Origin: a virus | Lineage: Duplodnaviria > Heunggongvirae > Uroviricota > Caudoviricetes | Virus record (IMG/VR): IMGVR_UViG_3300015214_000024 | Coordinates: 391,148 to 455,147 of that record | DNA: 64,000 nucleotides | Reading direction: 5' to 3' (one strand) | Part shown: in pieces, positions 1-10,282 of the stretch | Layout of the letters: each line of letters starts with the position of its first letter | Numbering within the stretch: the stretch's first letter is position 1 | Translations under genes and position numbers: made by a program | Notes under the pieces: generated by a model | What the model was told of the DNA's origin: nothing | Database searches by the model: none | What the model saw: only the letters and a program-made list of their open reading frames with translations

Positions 1-312
1 ACCAGCAACTAAATTAGTAACGGTATATTCAACAGTAACTCTTTTAGATGTTATGTCACCGCCTTTGGTAAAATAATCCCAAGTGCCGGCAGTTTCATTC
101 CAAGTGTAAACGACACTCGTTTCAACCACAAAAACTGCCATACCATCATCCAATCGGTCAACAGGTATGAGTGCCAAATCGTCATAAGTAGGCACGCCGC
201 GCCAGCCGCCTTTGCCATATTTGGCGTGATGAGTAGGAAATATGTCCGCATCTGTAAATGGTACGATAGCGGATGCAACGTTAGTACCTAAAATTGGTGT
301 AGGATCTGCCAT
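1..312 (-). CDS. Virion/fibre-associated protein, partial (runs off the left edge; not in the ORF track)
   Basis: Manual translation from ATG at 312: MADPTPILGTNVASAIVPFTDADIFPTHHAKYGKGGWRGV..., open to position 1; starts 4 nt after the stop of 316..1380. Confidence 0.75.
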   Translation of the reverse strand, partial: MADPTPILGTNVASAIVPFTDADIFPTHHAKYGKGGWRGVPTYDDLALIPVDRLDDGMAVFVVETSVVYTWNETAGTWDYFTKGGDITSKRVTVEYTVTNLVAG

Positions 313-315
313 ATG

Positions 316-1380
316 TTATGCCCAATGTACCTGTATGTTTGCGCCAGTTTGAATATTGTTAATTCTAATCAAGTTATACTGTGAAGCATAACCAGAAGCA
401 TTTGTAAAATTAATCACGGTGGTGGTAAAGTCACTGAATGCAAGGCCGCCAACAGTAACAGCATTCAATGTGCCGAAAGAAGCCGGATAGGCATAATAAA
501 CATATCTACCACCAGTAGCATTATAAGTAACATCTTTGACTTTTGATGTTGAAAATTCAGAACTTAAAGCGATGATTTCCGAATCAGTCAAAGTAGTATT
601 CGGAGAGACACCCCAATATCTTTTATTTCTAAATTGCAAAGATGCCGTTGATGTTGCTGTATTTCCAGCATTTGCTGTACCATCAGAAACTGTTAATGTC
701 CAAGAACGGTCCGAGCTAAATGGACCGTTGACTGTCGCAGTAGTATCAGACGGGGTGAGCGGGGTTCCGGTATAGTTTGTCATAGCCAATGTTGCGGCTG
801 TCTTGTTCAACGACCAATTCAATGTGACAGACCCAACACTTGAACCAATTTCCACCAAATTTGGCGAGGCTGAGAATGAAGTGATCGCCATCGGCTTGTA
901 AAGCAATGCTGCCATTTGAGCCTCCAAAATATCTAAACGTGCTTTATAATTTGCCAGGCCAGCAGGAGTAACTGCTACGTCATCTCTGACAGCAGCATCA
1001 CATTCTTCCAAGGTGGCCTTAGGCACATCAATAGTCTTGTCAGCAGGTCCGTTATCAGTGACATATGCAAGACCAGTGCCAGTAATGGTAATAGATGGTG
1101 TGATCGCTGATGATAAATCATTAATGGAGGTCAAATATGTTTGACCTTGATCAGCCAACATTAACGTGGTATTACCATTTAAATTAGCTGTCGGGAATGT
1201 TGTTAAATTAAAAACATACTTACCCAATACATAATCACCAACAGATTCCGAAGTTATACTAACAGGTAGTTTTTCAGTAGCATTGTTAGCAGCTGGTAAT
1301 AATTCATCACCAAGCAGTTCGTCCAAACGAGGCATTTGGACAATGTTAGTCAATTCTAATGTTTGATCAGGTAATGCCAT
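316..1380 (-). CDS. Putative virion structural protein (Thr/Ser-rich beta domains)
   Basis: 354 aa, beta-rich; C-terminal YWG...YVYYAYP segment of a kind seen in phage fibre accessory proteins; TAATG coupling to the upstream gene. Confidence 0.6.
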   Translation of the reverse strand: MALPDQTLELTNIVQMPRLDELLGDELLPAANNATEKLPVSITSESVGDYVLGKYVFNLTTFPTANLNGNTTLMLADQGQTYLTSINDLSSAITPSITITGTGLAYVTDNGPADKTIDVPKATLEECDAAVRDDVAVTPAGLANYKARLDILEAQMAALLYKPMAITSFSASPNLVEIGSSVGSVTLNWSLNKTAATLAMTNYTGTPLTPSDTTATVNGPFSSDRSWTLTVSDGTANAGNTATSTASLQFRNKRYWGVSPNTTLTDSEIIALSSEFSTSKVKDVTYNATGGRYVYYAYPASFGTLNAVTVGGLAFSDFTTTVINFTNASGYASQYNLIRINNIQTGANIQVHWA

Positions 1381-4300
1381 TAAATTTTAATCCCGTTTCC
1401 GTCAATAAGAACAATGAACTGTTTGATTCGTAACAAATTAGCACCAACAGATAATGTGAAGCCACGGTCTTTGTAGTTTCCCCATTTATCATATGCTCTA
1501 ACTGTAAAGAATGTTGTTGATCCTTCCGGTCCAGCAACACCAGTAATAATTCCTGTACTACTATTTAGCGTAAAGCCTGGTGGCAAACTACCAAAAACTA
1601 ATTCATATGAAACAATTTGATCAACTAAATGATGCTTTGTTCTCAATTGGATTGTTACTGGTTTTTCTGTAGTAATATATCCCAATTCTCCAGGAGGAGT
1701 AATCCAAATTGGAGGATTAGCTGACCAGAATTCTTTAGTAAGCCCATTATAGAAAACTTCCTGATAATCTGGAGCCCATTTGAGTTGAAAAACTTGACCA
1801 TTAGTTAATTTGCCAATATAGCGATCAAATAATAATTCTTTACCAACAAAAGTTAAACCGTCAGCTTGAATATTTTGTTTCTCATCTAAAATTAGGCTAT
1901 AATCAAAGTGAACCAATTGTCCGTCAAAAGTAGTTTCTATATTCGATTGTGGCAAAAATCCAAGTTCTTCACAAGGGGCGCCAGTAATGTTCGATAAAGT
2001 GATGAAATTGCTTGCATAATTAAAACGCAAGGCATAGCCATAAGTTGGCGTGAATTCTGTACCAATATAGCTATATTGAACTGACTGTTCTAAATACACT
2101 CGTATTTCATTATTACCAGCAGCAGATAATGCCTGTTCAATATCGTTTTTAGCAGTGAAAACGTCACTACCAGTAAATGTTACTAAAACACCGCCAACAG
2201 ACATTTGCGATCCGACAGTAACTATTGGATCTACTTTATCAGCCAATAGCACGTGGCGATCAAAAGTAGTTTCCTGAATATTGAAACTAGTTTGGTTGAT
2301 GATTTGAGTAAAGTTTTGTACAATAGTTTGTGCTTTTCCTGGCTGGACATATGCAAGAACTATTGCTGGAACATAACCTAAAGTTTTTCCTGTGTCATCC
2401 TGTGGCAATCTCATCCAAGCTGGTAGGAATTCATCATTTTCAAGCTGCTTGACCTCTTGGCGGATATTATCAAATGAATGACTGTAATATTGAATACCAT
2501 CCTGTGTTGGAATATTATAATCGGTACCATCCTGTGGATCAAGCAATGGAATATAAATTACTTCATACTCTACGTTGCCATAATTGTCTCTACCAACAGC
2601 ATATGTTGGTATTCCCATCAAACTGCTAAATTTCTTATGATGGTTGGATAATATATTTTGTATTTGATTTTTATCATCAGTATGAATATTATTTGTGACC
2701 AATACATCATATTGTGATGCCCTGCCAAATGTTGGACTATCTGCCTTATATAAGACGCTGTCAGGAATTAAATCATCAGTATTCCAAGCTTCTAACATAT
2801 GAACAAGTTCTACACTTAGCGGAACATAAAGGTCACAAGCAACACCAGTATATGCCGGCGTAGGAACAAATTTAATTACGAAATTTCTTGGTACAACATC
2901 AGATCCATCCATAGCTTCAACAATAAAACCAAGTTCTTGTGTTGAATAAACTTCACCAACATATCCTGTTAATAAACCATCACTTGATACACTTAAACCA
3001 TATGGCAATGAACTATTGTATGATAAGCGATATGTTAATGGCAATGGCCCGTCATCAGGATCAATCGCCTGGAACTGGAAATTAACATATTGGCCCGGAT
3101 GATACTCGATTGGATTTGAACCATCAGTCAATTGCCCAGATGGCGTAATCCAAATTGGTGCTAAATTAGTAGTATTGACGACCTTAACAGTAAATTGTTG
3201 ATCAGAAAAAGCTAGATTAAAATCAGTTGCTCGAATAGTAAATTGATAGACGGTTTCACTATCAGTACCATTACTCGGTACGCCAGATAGTTGCCCAGTT
3301 GCTCCATTAAACAACATTCCCGTTGGTAAGAATCCGCTAACAAAAGAATAAGTAACCACGGATCCTTCAGGATCATTAGCAACAAAGTATAAAGTAGTTG
3401 GCTCACCAGAAACAATATTACCAAGGTTTGAACTAGTTATCCATACTGGAGGTTGATTTACTGTCGCACTGCTCACAAATATATTAAAAGATCTTTCAAC
3501 TGTAAAAACACCATCAGTAACACTTGCAGTAAAATCATACCCAGTGTCTTGTGATATTAAGCCAATAGTGCCAGTTATCGAACCATTAATTTGATCCAAC
3601 ACCAAGCCGGGTGGTAATGAACCAGATACTATTTGATAAGACAGTGAATCTCCTTCTGGATCGTGCGCAATTAATGATGTGGAATAAATTTGGCCATTGA
3701 TACCAGACGGTAACGGTCCTTCCTGAGTCAACCATATTGGTGGTGAATTTGGATTCAAAGCACCGTCAGATATTGTTAATGTAAATTCTTGTTCAGACTC
3801 TAATCCAGCACCAGGATTTGACAATATATCAGATACTGTAATGTGGAACGTTACTAAAGTGTCCTCGTCAACCGATCCAAGTGTACCACGCAAATAACTG
3901 TCTTGAATATACAAACCAGATGGCAAATCTACTGACGAGTATGTTAAAAGATCACCATCTTCATCATCAGCATTTAGTAAAATATTAACATACGATCCTT
4001 CAGGAAAGATTCCAAGATCTGCGTCATTCAGCCAAACAGGTGCAACATTAATTTTATTGGTCAAAATTGAAAAAGTAGAAGGAACAAGCTTATATCCATT
4101 ACTTGCATATACGGTAAAGACATAAAGTTTATCAATATTATCTAAAATCGTACCAGTAATAGTACCATCAGTATTCAATGTTAATCCATTTGGGAACTCG
4201 CCAGAAGCAAAAAAGTAATTTAGAGTAAGATTTATCGTATCGTGTGCCAGCAAAGTTAATGCTACATCATCATTTTGATAATAAGAGCCCAAATTCCCAG

Positions 4301-6776
4301 TTGGCGTATCCCATATAATATCTGATGTCAAGTGCTGTTTGTAAACAAGAATAGAAAACAGATTTACTACCACATTTGCACCATCTGACAAATATACAGC
4401 AAATTCATATCCATCCGATTCATCCGGTATTACTTGTATTTGTCCAGATATAATTCCAGTCGCCGGATCTAATGTGAGCCCAGGAGGAAGTTCGCCAAAT
4501 GTGTTGAAATATGTACCATCACCCGAACCTATTTCTAAATTGTACGTTAGTGGTTGCGGATCAGGTGATTGGTCAATGCCCTCGAGCTGGATAGATACTG
4601 CATCACCTTCAGCATATGATCCTAAAATACCAGTGGGCGTAATCCAATATGGTTCATTTCCATTCCCATATTCAGTATTTTGCTTAATTACAATTTTAAA
4701 AGTTTTAGACGTGTTTGTGAAACCATCATAAGCATTTATTGTAAAGCCAGTTTCAATATCACCATTTGTTGCAATTGGCGCGGTGCCAATGATTTGGTTA
4801 TTAACCAATACCCACCCATATGGTAAATTACCAACAACTGAAAAAATGATCGGATCTGACGGAGAAGCAACATTGTCAGCATTCAATACTATATTGACCA
4901 GATCTCCTTCGCGCACTGTGCCTAAATCAGATTCAGTATTCCATCGGGCCGGGATAGTACCTTCGACAATGCCAAATACAATATCAATTGTACCATTTGT
5001 ATCTGACGGACTTTCATTATATCCATTGTGAGCTTTAAACCTGACTGAATTATCGCCTATTAAGTTTGTATTTGCTACCCATCCATAGATACGACCAGTG
5101 CTTTCTTCAAGCACCAAACCATCCGGGAGTGATCCCATTTCTACAGTATATGATGATGCTGGACCAACAAAACTTACTGCACTGACGAACAATTCATAAT
5201 AAGAATACATTGCCAAATTACTAAATGGTCCAGCAGAAGTCCATATAATACCAGTATCAATTTCAGTAACATTGAGTAATTTGTTATTTGATCCCACAGG
5301 CAGGCCGCTTATTTTATTTGTGGCGGCAGCATTGACCATTAATGTTTTCAGTGTAGATGGAGACATATTACTAGTCTGCAATGCCATCGCCATCGCGCCA
5401 GCAACTAACGGTGTGGAAAAACTTGTACCGCTTGAAACTATAGTTTCATTATATAAATTTGATGAAGTATTGAAAGAGGGAATCCAAGTCGATTCCATTC
5501 CAACACCTGGAGCATATAGCGTTACCGCTGATCCGTAGCAAGATGACGAAACATTAGCATTTCCGATATTATTGAAGCCAATATTGCCTAGTGTTGACTC
5601 ACTGTCATCAACTAATGAAAAGTCAGCCAATTTATCCTGTTTGTCAGTCGCTCCAACTACCAAAATTGGACTTATTGAACTAATTCGGGCTGGTGAAACA
5701 AGCGATGCGTCTACGCCATAATTGCCTGCTGATATTGCAAAGTGCATACCATCAGCAGCCATATTAATAATAGCTTGTTCAATTAAATTAGGCAAATGAC
5801 TATGGGTGCCAGAGGATATACCCAAAGCTGCTAATGGTGAATTAGTACCATCTGCTAGTGTTATGGAACCTAATGTTTTAAGTAAGATTACCAATTTGTT
5901 ATTCTGGCTTATTGCTTCCACACCATCAATCGCTAAAGCATTAATTTTATTAACTATTTCTGATGTCGATCCATTAATTAGTGATATATTCATCGAATTG
6001 ATGGAAAATGTTGATGGTGCAGGTGCAGATGTTGCTGTTGCTGAAATTTTAACTGGTTCTACAATATTGGCGAAGCTTAAATTCACAACCGATGTAGGTT
6101 TACCCAATGCAATGTAATCTTGATATACTGCATTCAATCCAGCAATAATTCGCCCACTAGTTGATGTGGTTTGTCCAAAAACTTTAGCTGATCGAATCTT
6201 TGCACCTTTAGCTACACCATATGTTGATGAAACAGCAAGGCCAGAGATAAATGTTCCGTGGCCAAGTTCATCAGCGCCACGTTCAAATGCTTCATTGTAA
6301 CTAGCATCACTATCATAAATTCGCTGATCGATTATAGGATCAAATATTAAAGTAGGGAAATTGGGATCATATACTGGTGATACTCTATCGGACAATTCTA
6401 AATGGTTATATGATATGCCCGAGTCTACGGTATAGATATTAACTCCAAGACCATCGTTAACATATGAGAAATTGCCATTCAGTGGCAATGCTGGCTGATC
6501 AATTCTATCTAAATGCCACAGATAATCGCTAGTAATGGTTTGCACTGTTTGCAATTCATATTGAGAAACTGGCTCAATAGCCGCGATCCTAGGATCGTCT
6601 TTGATCCATTTGGATAGAAGAGTACCTAAATTAGCAGAAAAGCCAGCAAATCCCACTTTAGAGACATTTGAAACCCGAACATTCCAAGCGGCAAGTTCTT
6701 CAATTAACCCATCAACAAAGCGTGGCTCTTTTACCTTTACAATATATTCTTTAGCTTGACTCATAGAAACCCACAA
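1380..6776 (-). CDS. Subtilisin-like (S8) serine protease fused to many putative Ig/cadherin-like repeats; probable virion protein
   Basis: S8 motifs VDSG, GHGT, SAGN, SGTSFSTP; propeptide-like N-terminus (EYIVKVKE); about ten P-x-W-x-T...LP-x-GL-x-L...G-x-I-x-G repeats; start may be ATG 6764. Confidence 0.88.
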   Translation of the reverse strand: MWVSMSQAKEYIVKVKEPRFVDGLIEELAAWNVRVSNVSKVGFAGFSANLGTLLSKWIKDDPRIAAIEPVSQYELQTVQTITSDYLWHLDRIDQPALPLNGNFSYVNDGLGVNIYTVDSGISYNHLELSDRVSPVYDPNFPTLIFDPIIDQRIYDSDASYNEAFERGADELGHGTFISGLAVSSTYGVAKGAKIRSAKVFGQTTSTSGRIIAGLNAVYQDYIALGKPTSVVNLSFANIVEPVKISATATSAPAPSTFSINSMNISLINGSTSEIVNKINALAIDGVEAISQNNKLVILLKTLGSITLADGTNSPLAALGISSGTHSHLPNLIEQAIINMAADGMHFAISAGNYGVDASLVSPARISSISPILVVGATDKQDKLADFSLVDDSESTLGNIGFNNIGNANVSSSCYGSAVTLYAPGVGMESTWIPSFNTSSNLYNETIVSSGTSFSTPLVAGAMAMALQTSNMSPSTLKTLMVNAAATNKISGLPVGSNNKLLNVTEIDTGIIWTSAGPFSNLAMYSYYELFVSAVSFVGPASSYTVEMGSLPDGLVLEESTGRIYGWVANTNLIGDNSVRFKAHNGYNESPSDTNGTIDIVFGIVEGTIPARWNTESDLGTVREGDLVNIVLNADNVASPSDPIIFSVVGNLPYGWVLVNNQIIGTAPIATNGDIETGFTINAYDGFTNTSKTFKIVIKQNTEYGNGNEPYWITPTGILGSYAEGDAVSIQLEGIDQSPDPQPLTYNLEIGSGDGTYFNTFGELPPGLTLDPATGIISGQIQVIPDESDGYEFAVYLSDGANVVVNLFSILVYKQHLTSDIIWDTPTGNLGSYYQNDDVALTLLAHDTINLTLNYFFASGEFPNGLTLNTDGTITGTILDNIDKLYVFTVYASNGYKLVPSTFSILTNKINVAPVWLNDADLGIFPEGSYVNILLNADDEDGDLLTYSSVDLPSGLYIQDSYLRGTLGSVDEDTLVTFHITVSDILSNPGAGLESEQEFTLTISDGALNPNSPPIWLTQEGPLPSGINGQIYSTSLIAHDPEGDSLSYQIVSGSLPPGLVLDQINGSITGTIGLISQDTGYDFTASVTDGVFTVERSFNIFVSSATVNQPPVWITSSNLGNIVSGEPTTLYFVANDPEGSVVTYSFVSGFLPTGMLFNGATGQLSGVPSNGTDSETVYQFTIRATDFNLAFSDQQFTVKVVNTTNLAPIWITPSGQLTDGSNPIEYHPGQYVNFQFQAIDPDDGPLPLTYRLSYNSSLPYGLSVSSDGLLTGYVGEVYSTQELGFIVEAMDGSDVVPRNFVIKFVPTPAYTGVACDLYVPLSVELVHMLEAWNTDDLIPDSVLYKADSPTFGRASQYDVLVTNNIHTDDKNQIQNILSNHHKKFSSLMGIPTYAVGRDNYGNVEYEVIYIPLLDPQDGTDYNIPTQDGIQYYSHSFDNIRQEVKQLENDEFLPAWMRLPQDDTGKTLGYVPAIVLAYVQPGKAQTIVQNFTQIINQTSFNIQETTFDRHVLLADKVDPIVTVGSQMSVGGVLVTFTGSDVFTAKNDIEQALSAAGNNEIRVYLEQSVQYSYIGTEFTPTYGYALRFNYASNFITLSNITGAPCEELGFLPQSNIETTFDGQLVHFDYSLILDEKQNIQADGLTFVGKELLFDRYIGKLTNGQVFQLKWAPDYQEVFYNGLTKEFWSANPPIWITPPGELGYITTEKPVTIQLRTKHHLVDQIVSYELVFGSLPPGFTLNSSTGIITGVAGPEGSTTFFTVRAYDKWGNYKDRGFTLSVGANLLRIKQFIVLIDGNGIKI

Positions 6777-6796
6777 TAACCAAATCTAGTTCTGGT

Positions 6797-6804
6797 TATT
6801 TATT
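6797..6804 (-). promoter_or_regulatory. T4-like late promoter (AATAAATA)
   Basis: ATAAATA core just upstream of a structural gene; the same motif recurs before at least 10 other genes. Confidence 0.6.
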
Positions 6805-6825
6805 GGTTTTCAGCAGGGTTAATTA

Positions 6826-7119
6826 TTAGCGTTTTTTGCGCTTAGTTGATGACTGATCATTCTTATCATAGTAGGATGGTGGCTTATTTTTAACCCATTT
6901 GATAAATTTTTCCATAGCTGGATGTGATCTGATCAATTCAGGAGTATTGAAGAATTTTGCTAATTGGTAATTGTCAATAGTAGAATGGATCTTAGTATGA
7001 CAAAATCTATGAATTTCAATCGTGCCAGATTTTGCACCACCTTTTTGCTTTGGTATTAAGTGGTGCAAATCGCTAGTACCCGGTTCAATTTCCCTATCAC
7101 ATATAGGACATAGCTTCAT
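6826..7119 (-). CDS. Small HNH-family endonuclease
   Basis: CPIC...DLHHLIPKQKGG...HRFCHTKIH. Confidence 0.8.
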   Translation of the reverse strand: MKLCPICDREIEPGTSDLHHLIPKQKGGAKSGTIEIHRFCHTKIHSTIDNYQLAKFFNTPELIRSHPAMEKFIKWVKNKPPSYYDKNDQSSTKRKKR

Positions 7120-7451
7120 TGAATCAATCTCATATGGCTTACCGCTGGCGTGTCAAAGCAAAAATAGTTAGTTTTATCAATTCCAAAGTCATAATATTGC
7201 ACTCCGCAATCGTCCAAAATTTTCCTAACTCGAAATGGTGAGCCATCTTGAATAGTCAAATAATGACTACACTCTTTAACACCAAAAAGCCTAAAAAGAA
7301 TTCGCCGAAGTAAGTTAGGATGCTCTAACATATCTAAAATTCGAACAATTGGCGGTCTGGTAGACATTTGCACTGTAGTTGAGGAGCCATATGTGACCGA
7401 TGAGCCGCCTGGTAATGTATTGAATTTGCCAAATTTAACCATTATGCGCAA
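7116..7451 (-). CDS. Hypothetical protein (short-paralogue family B)
   Basis: 111 aa, overlaps its neighbours; C-terminus ...AVSHMRLIQ resembles the next two ORFs. Confidence 0.6.
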   Translation of the reverse strand: MRIMVKFGKFNTLPGGSSVTYGSSTTVQMSTRPPIVRILDMLEHPNLLRRILFRLFGVKECSHYLTIQDGSPFRVRKILDDCGVQYYDFGIDKTNYFCFDTPAVSHMRLIQ

Positions 7452-7738
7452 ATTCTCATAGCAGTCAATGTCGCCTCATTACTAATCAGATAATAATGCT
7501 TTTCACGAAGCTTCATAATTTTGATGTCAGAATCAGTAATTATTCCATCTTTCAAAAAAGCTTTAATCATATCGTGATCATAAGAGGATGGTTCACACGC
7601 ATCAGATATTTTATCAAACCAAGAATGAACCCTTAGGAAGATATAAAATTTCCTAAATTTGGAAATATCTTTATAATTCAGACTCAGAAACCTGCTTTCA
7701 ATTTTACCTTCATCCATATCAGCACTCCAAATTACCAT
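7442..7738 (-). CDS. Hypothetical protein (short-paralogue family B)
   Basis: 98 aa; C-terminus NEATLTAMRICA. Confidence 0.65.
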   Translation of the reverse strand: MVIWSADMDEGKIESRFLSLNYKDISKFRKFYIFLRVHSWFDKISDACEPSSYDHDMIKAFLKDGIITDSDIKIMKLREKHYYLISNEATLTAMRICA

Positions 7739-7744
7739 TTTTGA

Positions 7745-8086
7745 TTACTTCATTATTCTCATAGCAGTGAGATCAGTCTCACCGCCGGCAATAAATTTTA
7801 CAAATTTTCGCTCAAAGCTTTTATCAGCAGCTTCTCTGATTTGAAAATTTAGTCCTTGGTGTTTCATATCTTTAATTAAATCAATATGATCGTGCATATT
7901 GAACCAATATTCATTATAATATCGAGTAGTAAATTTATACTTACCACCATAACGAAAATAATAATATAGTTGCTTGAACACACCAATTGGTTGCCATTCC
8001 AAACTAGTTTCTCTAAGTTTGTTATCTTCCCAATCACCTAAGAGCGGTGCCATCGACTTGCCTCCTATAACTTCTCGAATTCCCAA
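7745..8086 (-). CDS. Hypothetical protein (short-paralogue family B)
   Basis: 113 aa; C-terminus ETDLTAMRIMK. Confidence 0.65.
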   Translation of the reverse strand: MGIREVIGGKSMAPLLGDWEDNKLRETSLEWQPIGVFKQLYYYFRYGGKYKFTTRYYNEYWFNMHDHIDLIKDMKHQGLNFQIREAADKSFERKFVKFIAGGETDLTAMRIMK

Positions 8087-8087
8087 T

Positions 8088-8777
8088 TTACCACCAGCCC
8101 ATATTAGTGAGCATATCCATCATAACCATACCTGACGTTACACCAACATTGTATGAACGAAGGACGCCGCGTTGACGGACGCTAACAATATCGCCAAACA
8201 GGCTATTAAGCAATACATCAGGTACGCCACGGTTTTCGTTTCCAAAAACCAAAATAGGCGTCATATTTGCCGCAGCAGCGTGATCGTGAAGCTTGCGCCA
8301 ATCAAAATTGGGTATTTCAGTACCGCCCTGCTCAACATACACAGGCCAATAATTGCGATCTGTGAAAATCTTACGGACCTTATCGCAATCAATGGTTACT
8401 TCATCAACCATTGCCTCAATGCGCTCAACATTGATATAGTTTTCAGCGCCAACAGTACCGCGCTTGTCAATCTTTCGACGGCCAATGACCAATACTTCAC
8501 GAGCCCCCATTAAGAGAGCATTCCGAATGATAGTACCAGTGTTTAGTTCACCAGTGACATTCAAAATAGCAACTGCATATGGTAGACGGTCTGAATCACA
8601 TACCGCCTTACGCTCAGCTACGCTGATATCCTTATACTCTGGTAAAACATTGTGATGTGATAATGATGTAGCAATATCATCATTAGCCAACTTCTGATAA
8701 TCAACCAATTGATCCTCCTTAACTTTTCGTCCTGTTTTATAAGACAAAAGTAAGGCCAAGTCAAGTAGCATAGTCAA
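8088..8777 (-). CDS. SpoU/TrmH-family SPOUT RNA methyltransferase
   Basis: N-x-G-x-I-x-R (LNTGTIIRNA), LVFGNENRGVP and RSYNVGV SPOUT motifs. Confidence 0.88.
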   Translation of the reverse strand: MTMLLDLALLLSYKTGRKVKEDQLVDYQKLANDDIATSLSHHNVLPEYKDISVAERKAVCDSDRLPYAVAILNVTGELNTGTIIRNALLMGAREVLVIGRRKIDKRGTVGAENYINVERIEAMVDEVTIDCDKVRKIFTDRNYWPVYVEQGGTEIPNFDWRKLHDHAAAANMTPILVFGNENRGVPDVLLNSLFGDIVSVRQRGVLRSYNVGVTSGMVMMDMLTNMGWW

Positions 8778-9079
8778 GCTTCTGACGAACTTTCTTCCAT
8801 TTCTATACGGAGGGGAAATTTATATTGTTTGGCAAAATCTAGACAAATATTACGCTTTTCATCAGCAATTTCATAAATGTATGTTCCAACAACTGCTGAA
8901 TCACTTTCGTGAACTTTTAGCATAATTTCAGTGGCAGATTCAATATTATGATTGAATACTGAAACTAGCAATTTAACCACAAAATCCATAGGTGTATAAT
9001 CATCATTAAAGAAAATAACATCATACATCTTTAATGGTGCAATTTTAATCTTTACCTTTTCCTCAAGGGCAGTATCCAC
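8774..9079 (-). CDS. clpS: ATP-dependent Clp protease adaptor ClpS
   Basis: YDVIFFNDDYTPMDFVVKLL...A..IMLKVH...AVVGTY.YEIA.EK...FPLRI. Confidence 0.95.
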   Translation of the reverse strand: MDTALEEKVKIKIAPLKMYDVIFFNDDYTPMDFVVKLLVSVFNHNIESATEIMLKVHESDSAVVGTYIYEIADEKRNICLDFAKQYKFPLRIEMEESSSEA

Positions 9080-9107
9080 AAAAAATCTCCTACTATTTCA
9101 AGCACAC

Positions 9108-9136
9108 GTTCTACACTAAAATGATACTTATGTCAA
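9108..9136 (-). promoter_or_regulatory. Sigma70-like promoter upstream of clpS
   Basis: TTGACA-17 nt-TAGAAC on the minus strand. Confidence 0.45.
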
Positions 9137-9139
9137 GAA

Positions 9140-9598
9140 TTACAGCGAATCATAAACGACAATCTCAACACCTGCCATATCAAATAGCATTTGAGCAAAT
9201 TCAAATGATTCTTTCCATCTTACTAATTTGTCTTCAGGAGTCTTAAGGGTAACTACTCGCGTTATGCCCTTTTGTATTATCGATAGGGCACAATCAGAAC
9301 AAGGAGCAAAGGGATATACATAAAGAGTATAGCCGTCAAGGTCTTCATTGGCTGAAAGTATAGCATTAAGTTCAGCGTGAATTGTAACTTTATATTTTAT
9401 ATCGCGGTCATTAAGCCATTCAGGATTATCAATAATCTTAGATGGAAAGCCGTTGAAGCCTTGACTAGCTATTTTGTTATTTGGTCGAACAATGACTGCG
9501 CCAACACCAGTTGATGGATCTTTACTCCACGATGCATTAAGCTTAGCAGATTCTAAAAATTTTTTATCCCATCCGGTTGGTTGGCTTATAGTAGTCAT
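9140..9598 (-). CDS. dCMP deaminase
   Basis: SKDPST.VGAVI, GFNG, HAE and PCSDC zinc motifs. Confidence 0.95.
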   Translation of the reverse strand: MTTISQPTGWDKKFLESAKLNASWSKDPSTGVGAVIVRPNNKIASQGFNGFPSKIIDNPEWLNDRDIKYKVTIHAELNAILSANEDLDGYTLYVYPFAPCSDCALSIIQKGITRVVTLKTPEDKLVRWKESFEFAQMLFDMAGVEIVVYDSL

Positions 9599-10028
9599 AT
9601 AATTCTATCAAACTTACTTGAAAAGATGAATTGTTAACTGTTCGGAAAAACGTGTCTTTCCAATAAGAAACATATTCATATGTTACAAAAATTATCAACA
9701 ATGCCAAAACACTGTTTAACACTATTGTTGATGTTATAGTCCACCAAGCTAAAAATACTAACGAAGCACTATAAAATGCAATTGCGTTTGACCTATTGCT
9801 TGGTGGACGAAAAAAGAAATCAAAAAAAGTAAATTTAACCCGATATACTTCATAAAGATCAGCCATAGCTAGAAAATAATTATAATTATTTTCCCCCAAC
9901 ATTTGTATGAAGGCATCTTTAGAGTCTGGACTATTCTTTAGCAATTTCGCCAACCTAAACTGATATGAATTTGTCAATACTCTTGACAGAACTAAACAGA
10001 AAAAGCTTAAAATCGCTAAGCTGAACAT
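9564..10028 (-). CDS. Hypothetical membrane protein
   Basis: 154 aa with 2-3 hydrophobic segments; TAATG coupling to rpsU. Confidence 0.6.
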   Translation of the reverse strand: MFSLAILSFFCLVLSRVLTNSYQFRLAKLLKNSPDSKDAFIQMLGENNYNYFLAMADLYEVYRVKFTFFDFFFRPPSNRSNAIAFYSASLVFLAWWTITSTIVLNSVLALLIIFVTYEYVSYWKDTFFRTVNNSSFQVSLIELYDYYKPTNRMG

Positions 10029-10282
10029 TATCGGACCAAACCTTCCTTCCTTAACTCACTGTGCATTTTACGCTGACGGCGGATTGCATCTAATTTTGCA
10101 AGACGCTTAATTTCACCTGGACGCTTAAATTCTTGACGCTGGCGCAATTCTTTAATCATACCATCAGTTGCTACTTTCTTTTTGAACTTTTTCAAGGCGC
10201 GTTCAAAATCATATTCATTTTTAACTTCGACTGAAAGTCCACCCTTGCCTGGGATGCAATTCCTGTGCTTATTTTGAGCCAT
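10028..10282 (-). CDS. rpsU: 30S ribosomal protein bS21
   Basis: VEVKN..FERALKKFKKKV..DG..KELR.R..F.RP...KR; AAAGGA Shine-Dalgarno; TTGACT promoter-like element near 10340. Confidence 0.92.
   Translation of the reverse strand: MAQNKHRNCIPGKGGLSVEVKNEYDFERALKKFKKKVATDGMIKELRQRQEFKRPGEIKRLAKLDAIRRQRKMHSELRKEGLVR

Noticed and set aside
1-3000. GATC over-representation
   Set aside because: A rough count of about 13 in 3 kb is close to the compositional expectation.
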